A stretch of 38,949 nt of DNA, taken from NCBI GenBank assembly GCA_017411945.1, contig JAFQPD010000064.1, positions 1-38,949 of the forward strand. Direction: 5' to 3'. The position numbers and the translations under genes were made by a program. The stretch is from Mailhella sp. (GTDB taxonomy: Bacteria > Desulfobacterota > Desulfovibrionia > Desulfovibrionales > Desulfovibrionaceae). Every line of letters starts with the position of its first letter. Position 1 is the first letter of the stretch. Shown here in pieces: positions 35,483 to 38,949 of this stretch. The notes under the pieces are model-generated. The model was not told where the DNA came from and did not search any database. It worked only from the letters and a program-made list of their open reading frames with translations.

Positions 35483-36964
35483 CTAGAACTTGTAGCGGAA
35501 GTTCAGCGCGGCGCGCCATGCGTCGGAGAAGTCGCCCTTACTGTCGTCGGCAGTGCGCCAGACATTGTCGTCGATGTCCTGGAACAGGTAGCTGAGTTCG
35601 AGCACTGCAACGAGGTTCTTGTAGATCTGATACGTGCTGTTGAAGTCCACTTCAATGATAGAATCACCGCGAGTCAGGTAGTCGGCAGGAGAGACTTCGC
35701 CGCCGAGACGCTCGATGGTTCTGGGCATGTGCTTGCTGTTCGTGCCCTGGAAGTAGGTGACGGCAAGATCGTGGTGCAGATCTCTCATGAAGGAGATCTT
35801 GTTGAGCTGTGCGCTCACGCCCCAGGTGCCGCCGGCGTCGCACTTGTCGATGGTGTTGGCGATGCTGAAGCGGCCGTCGAAATAGGCGCGGGCACCGGGG
35901 TCGAAGCCGCCGGAAAGGGTGAGCGGCTGTTCGGAGCCGTTGGAGGCGTTGCCGTCGTCGCCGGTGGCGTACCAGGCCACGATGGCAGGCACGAACCACG
36001 GCATCTTGTATTCGGCAAGGCCGGCCACATACCAGCCGCTGCGCTCAGTGGAGGCGTGGGAGTTGTCGGTTGAGCTGTAATAGAAGTCCAGAGCAAGGCG
36101 GAGGGGGTCGAACGGCTTGTATTCGCCGCTGATGCCGGCGAACCAGATGGTGGAGGAAGAGCCGTCGGCTTCGCTCATGAGCACGCCGTTTTCACGGTAC
36201 AGGCGGTTCATGCCGTTGAAGGGAAGCACGCCGGAGGCGGTGTTGCCTGCGTTCTTTACGTTGGCGAATTCCTTGCCGCCATGGCCCACGATGCCCCAGG
36301 GCGTAAGGCGGAAGGCATCGAACTTCATGTCGGCCACAAGGCCGAAGAGGTCGACGTCGGCATTGTCGTACTCATATTCGCCGGTGGACGTTTTGGACTG
36401 GTCGGATACGGCGCGGATCCAGAAGCCGGTGAGGTCGAGCCAGTCGGTGATGGGGGCATTGATGGCTACGCCGGCGGCAGGGTCGTCAAGGATGGGGCTT
36501 CCGGCAACATAGGCCGGAAGGGCGAAGGGTTGCTGGCCCATGCGCACATGGATGTCGGTTCTGGGAACCATCCAGTCCAGATAGGCGAGGCGAGTGGTCA
36601 CGTTGGCCGCACGGGTGGCGAGGGAGCCGCCGTCGGCTTCTGCCTTCTTGGCTCCCTTGTACGGGCCACCCCAGTAGAAGGTGCCTATCTGGGCCTGATA
36701 ATAGGCCGAAAGCTGTTCGCTCATGATGAATTCAAAGCCGAGGCGCATGCGCTGGAGAGCGTCGAACTGGCGTCCGCGGAGATCGCGCTTGAAGTTGTGG
36801 CGATGGTCGGAGGAGCTCATGAAGGAGCGGCCGCCATTGATGTTCGAAGAGCCGCTGAAGGAAAAGTCGTAAGTGCCGTCTACCTTGAGTTCTACGGCGG
36901 AAGCGCCGTGTGCGGCCGAGAGCGTCATGCCTGCGGCCAGACAGAGAGTAAGAAGTTTTTTCAT
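35483..36964 (-). CDS. Desulfovibrionaceae-type outer-membrane homotrimeric porin
   Basis: Signal peptide MKKLLTLCLAAGM..ASA; FDALQRMR, AYLDW.VP, RMG.Q..ALP, WYATGDDG, GTWG, YQIYKNL...LELSY; C-terminal FRYKF. Confidence 0.88.
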   Translation of the reverse strand: MKKLLTLCLAAGMTLSAAHGASAVELKVDGTYDFSFSGSSNINGGRSFMSSSDHRHNFKRDLRGRQFDALQRMRLGFEFIMSEQLSAYYQAQIGTFYWGGPYKGAKKAEADGGSLATRAANVTTRLAYLDWMVPRTDIHVRMGQQPFALPAYVAGSPILDDPAAGVAINAPITDWLDLTGFWIRAVSDQSKTSTGEYEYDNADVDLFGLVADMKFDAFRLTPWGIVGHGGKEFANVKNAGNTASGVLPFNGMNRLYRENGVLMSEADGSSSTIWFAGISGEYKPFDPLRLALDFYYSSTDNSHASTERSGWYVAGLAEYKMPWFVPAIVAWYATGDDGNASNGSEQPLTLSGGFDPGARAYFDGRFSIANTIDKCDAGGTWGVSAQLNKISFMRDLHHDLAVTYFQGTNSKHMPRTIERLGGEVSPADYLTRGDSIIEVDFNSTYQIYKNLVAVLELSYLFQDIDDNVWRTADDSKGDFSDAWRAALNFRYKF

Positions 36965-37218
36965 TCCATACCTTCCCACTGTTGTCTTGCGCCTCCTGCG
37001 AGAACTTTTTCGCAGGATGAGTATGTGAAAGCGCAAGTGTTCAATAATGCAGGCGTGAAATCCTGCGTGTGTGAAGGTGTAAAATTTTTACAAGTACAAA
37101 AACAATATTAGAAATATTAGAAGGTTCAGTTTTTTGCACGTTATAATATTGCAGTGTTCTATAAGATTTGTATAAATATATTATTCATATTGCAGGTGTA
37201 TTAGTATGTTCTGATAAT

Positions 37219-37247
37219 AAAAAAGCGTCCGTTTTTTAACGGACGCT
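37219..37247 (-). terminator. Intrinsic terminator after nspC
   Basis: Minus strand AGCGTCCGTT-AAAA-AACGGACGCT followed by TTTTT. Confidence 0.85.
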
Positions 37248-37271
37248 CCCGGGATGCGTTTGAACACAGCC

Positions 37272-38465
37272 TTACAGGCGACTGCGGAAATCTTCGTAGC
37301 CGAAGGTGCGGGTCACGCGGCGCTGGTCTGTCTCGGAATCCCAGATGGCGATGCAGGGCAGGCGCAGGCCGTTGAAGGTGGTGGTCTTCACCATGCTGTA
37401 GATGGCCATGTCGAGGAAAACGAGCTTGTCACCGGGTTCAAGGGCCTTGTCGAAGGAATATTCGCCGATGACGTCGCCAGCAAGGCAGGACTTGCCGGCA
37501 AGGCGGCAGGTGAAGGCCTTTTCGCCAGCTTCGCCGGAACCGATGATGTTGGGGCGGTAAGGCATTTCCATGACGTCGGGCATGTGGCAGGCGGCGGAAG
37601 TGTCGAGTATGGCGATGGGCATGTCGGCCTGCACCACGTCGAGGACTGTGGCCACGAGCACGCCGGCATTGAGGGCCACGGCTTCACCGGGTTCGAGGTA
37701 GACCAGGACGTCATAGGTGTCGCGCACATGCTCGATGCATTTGCAGAGCAGGTCGATGTCGTAGTCATCGCGAGTGACGTGATGGCCGCCGCCGAAATTT
37801 ATCCATTTCATCTGGCGGAAATGCTTGCCGAAATGCTTTTCCACGGCTTCGAGCGTGCGGGCAAGGCAGTCGGAATTCTGCTCGCAGAGCGTATGGAAGT
37901 GCAGGCCGGAGATGCCGTCCAGAGCATGGGGGTCTTCAGCAAGGGCGGCTTCGAAGGCGGAAGGGCGTATGCCGAGGCGCGAACCGGCAGAGCAGGGGTC
38001 GTAGATGGGCACGGCGCCTTCGGAATGCTCAGGGTTCAGGCGCAGGCCGCATTCTATCTCTATGCCGCGCTCTTCTTCAGCTTTCTTCACCAGCGGGCGG
38101 AAACGCTTCCACTGGGCGAAGGAGTTGAACACGATGTGGTCGGCATAGCGCAGGGTCTCGGCAAGTTCTTCTTCGCTCCAGGCGGCGGCGAAGGCATGCA
38201 CTTCCCCGCAGAAGTCTTCCTTGGCGAGGCGGGCTTCGTCGGGAGAGCTGGCGCAGCAGCCGTAGAGCGGGCCGCGCATGGCGCGGGAAAGCACGGGGAA
38301 GGTCATCCACTGAGAGAAGCACTTGAGGGCCAGCATGATCTTCGCGCCGGTGCGCTGCTGTACGCTGTCGAGTATGGCGGCGTTCTTCTTCAGCAGGGCG
38401 AGGTCGGTGACGAAGCAGGGGGAAGGCCACGTTTCGGGCTTCAGCTTGTTCAGATATTCGAGCAT
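37272..38465 (-). CDS. nspC: Carboxy(nor)spermidine decarboxylase
   Basis: PSPC.V.D, LALK (PLP Lys), ASS..EARL, HIVFNS..QW, LRLNPE.S..YDPC..GSRLG, HFHTLCEQ, NFGGGHH, LEPGEA, CLAGD and YSMVK.TTFNG. Confidence 0.95.
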   Translation of the reverse strand: MLEYLNKLKPETWPSPCFVTDLALLKKNAAILDSVQQRTGAKIMLALKCFSQWMTFPVLSRAMRGPLYGCCASSPDEARLAKEDFCGEVHAFAAAWSEEELAETLRYADHIVFNSFAQWKRFRPLVKKAEEERGIEIECGLRLNPEHSEGAVPIYDPCSAGSRLGIRPSAFEAALAEDPHALDGISGLHFHTLCEQNSDCLARTLEAVEKHFGKHFRQMKWINFGGGHHVTRDDYDIDLLCKCIEHVRDTYDVLVYLEPGEAVALNAGVLVATVLDVVQADMPIAILDTSAACHMPDVMEMPYRPNIIGSGEAGEKAFTCRLAGKSCLAGDVIGEYSFDKALEPGDKLVFLDMAIYSMVKTTTFNGLRLPCIAIWDSETDQRRVTRTFGYEDFRSRL

Positions 38466-38466
38466 T

Positions 38467-38691
38467 CTAGTACCTTTCCGGCATGTAGTGCGGCGGGAGA
38501 GTGTTTGCAGGGGCTTCCTGAGGCGAGGTCTCGAGCAGGCTGGTCACGTTCTGTTCAAGTTCTGCGATGCGCTTTTCCAGAAAGTCTATCTGCGCCTGCT
38601 GGAAGGTGAGGGCCTCGTTGAGCTGTGAGAGGAGCTTTTCCTGAAAATAGTTCTGCTCCTCGAGGCGGGCTATCTGTTCTTCGGGAGTCAT
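38467..38691 (-). CDS. slyX: SlyX-family protein
   Basis: I..LEE...FQE....LNE....QQ.QI..L coiled coil ending PPHY. Confidence 0.9.
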   Translation of the reverse strand: MTPEEQIARLEEQNYFQEKLLSQLNEALTFQQAQIDFLEKRIAELEQNVTSLLETSPQEAPANTLPPHYMPERY

Positions 38692-38737
38692 GGCGTCCTC
38701 GGCAGGCGTTTCCCCGTAAAGGAAGTATGCGCAGACG

Positions 38738-38771
38738 AAAAGAGCGGGCAGGGCTTCCCCTGTCCGCTCTT
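38738..38771 (-). terminator. Terminator-like hairpin after the carboxy(nor)spermidine dehydrogenase gene
   Basis: Minus strand AAGAGCGGACAGGG-GAAG-CCCTGCCCGCTCTTTT. Confidence 0.7.
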
Positions 38772-38786
38772 CTCAGAGATGCGGTA

Positions 38787-38949
38787 TTACAGAGCGGGTT
38801 CGATCACGGTCCAGGGCAGGCCGTACTTGGCGAGCTCTTCGAGGAAGGGATCGGGATCCATCTGTTCCATGTTCCACACGCCGGGCTTGTTCCACTTGCC
38901 GGTGATCATCATCATGGCGCCGACCATGGCGGGCACGCCGGTGGTGTAG
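38787..38949 (-). CDS. Saccharopine-dehydrogenase-family protein, probably carboxy(nor)spermidine dehydrogenase (C-terminal fragment)
   Basis: Not in the ORF track. Manual translation: YTTGVPAMVGAMMMITGKWNKPGVWNMEQMDPDPFLEELAKYGLPWTVIEPAL*. Lies next to nspC. Confidence 0.88.
   Translation of the reverse strand, partial: YTTGVPAMVGAMMMITGKWNKPGVWNMEQMDPDPFLEELAKYGLPWTVIEPAL

Noticed and set aside
31274-37270. Mobile element or genomic island call for the kinase-yddG-tetR-porin block
   Set aside because: No integrase, transposase, tRNA target or flanking direct repeats; yddG, tetR and the porin have host-like composition.
1-38949. CRISPR array, tRNA/rRNA genes, selenocysteine readthrough or frameshifted pseudogenes
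   Set aside because: No regularly spaced repeats or RNA-gene signatures seen; redox motifs use Cys codons and the recognised genes look intact.

Overview
GC-rich bacterial chromosomal DNA. Gene content and order (homotrimeric porin, C-X5-H-X15-C-X2-C adenylate kinase, pgsA-ftsB-TPR-lipoprotein-fbp-tsaD-trxAB-bamD run) point to a Desulfovibrionaceae member; this taxonomic call is inference. About 40 CDSs, mostly housekeeping, plus two edge-truncated genes missing from the ORF track: a metallophosphoesterase at the left and a carboxy(nor)spermidine dehydrogenase C-terminus at the right. I see no rRNA, tRNA, CRISPR array, integrase or transposase. Best leads: (1) a lower-GC tandem pair of divergent, minimal protein-kinase-fold paralogues after adk, each 284 aa, with their own promoter; (2) an orphan, divergent FliW-like protein (possible CsrA antagonist), plus a structured adk leader with GGA-in-loop hairpins resembling CsrA sites; (3) a stand-alone 'solute-binding protein' carrying PheC cyclohexadienyl dehydratase motifs; (4) a CoA-binding::CxxCxxCC fusion; (5) a possible lipid-anchored stand-alone Cache-like sensor; (6) a REP-like palindrome and several operator-like sites. 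All family calls come from motif recognition by eye, with no database searches.
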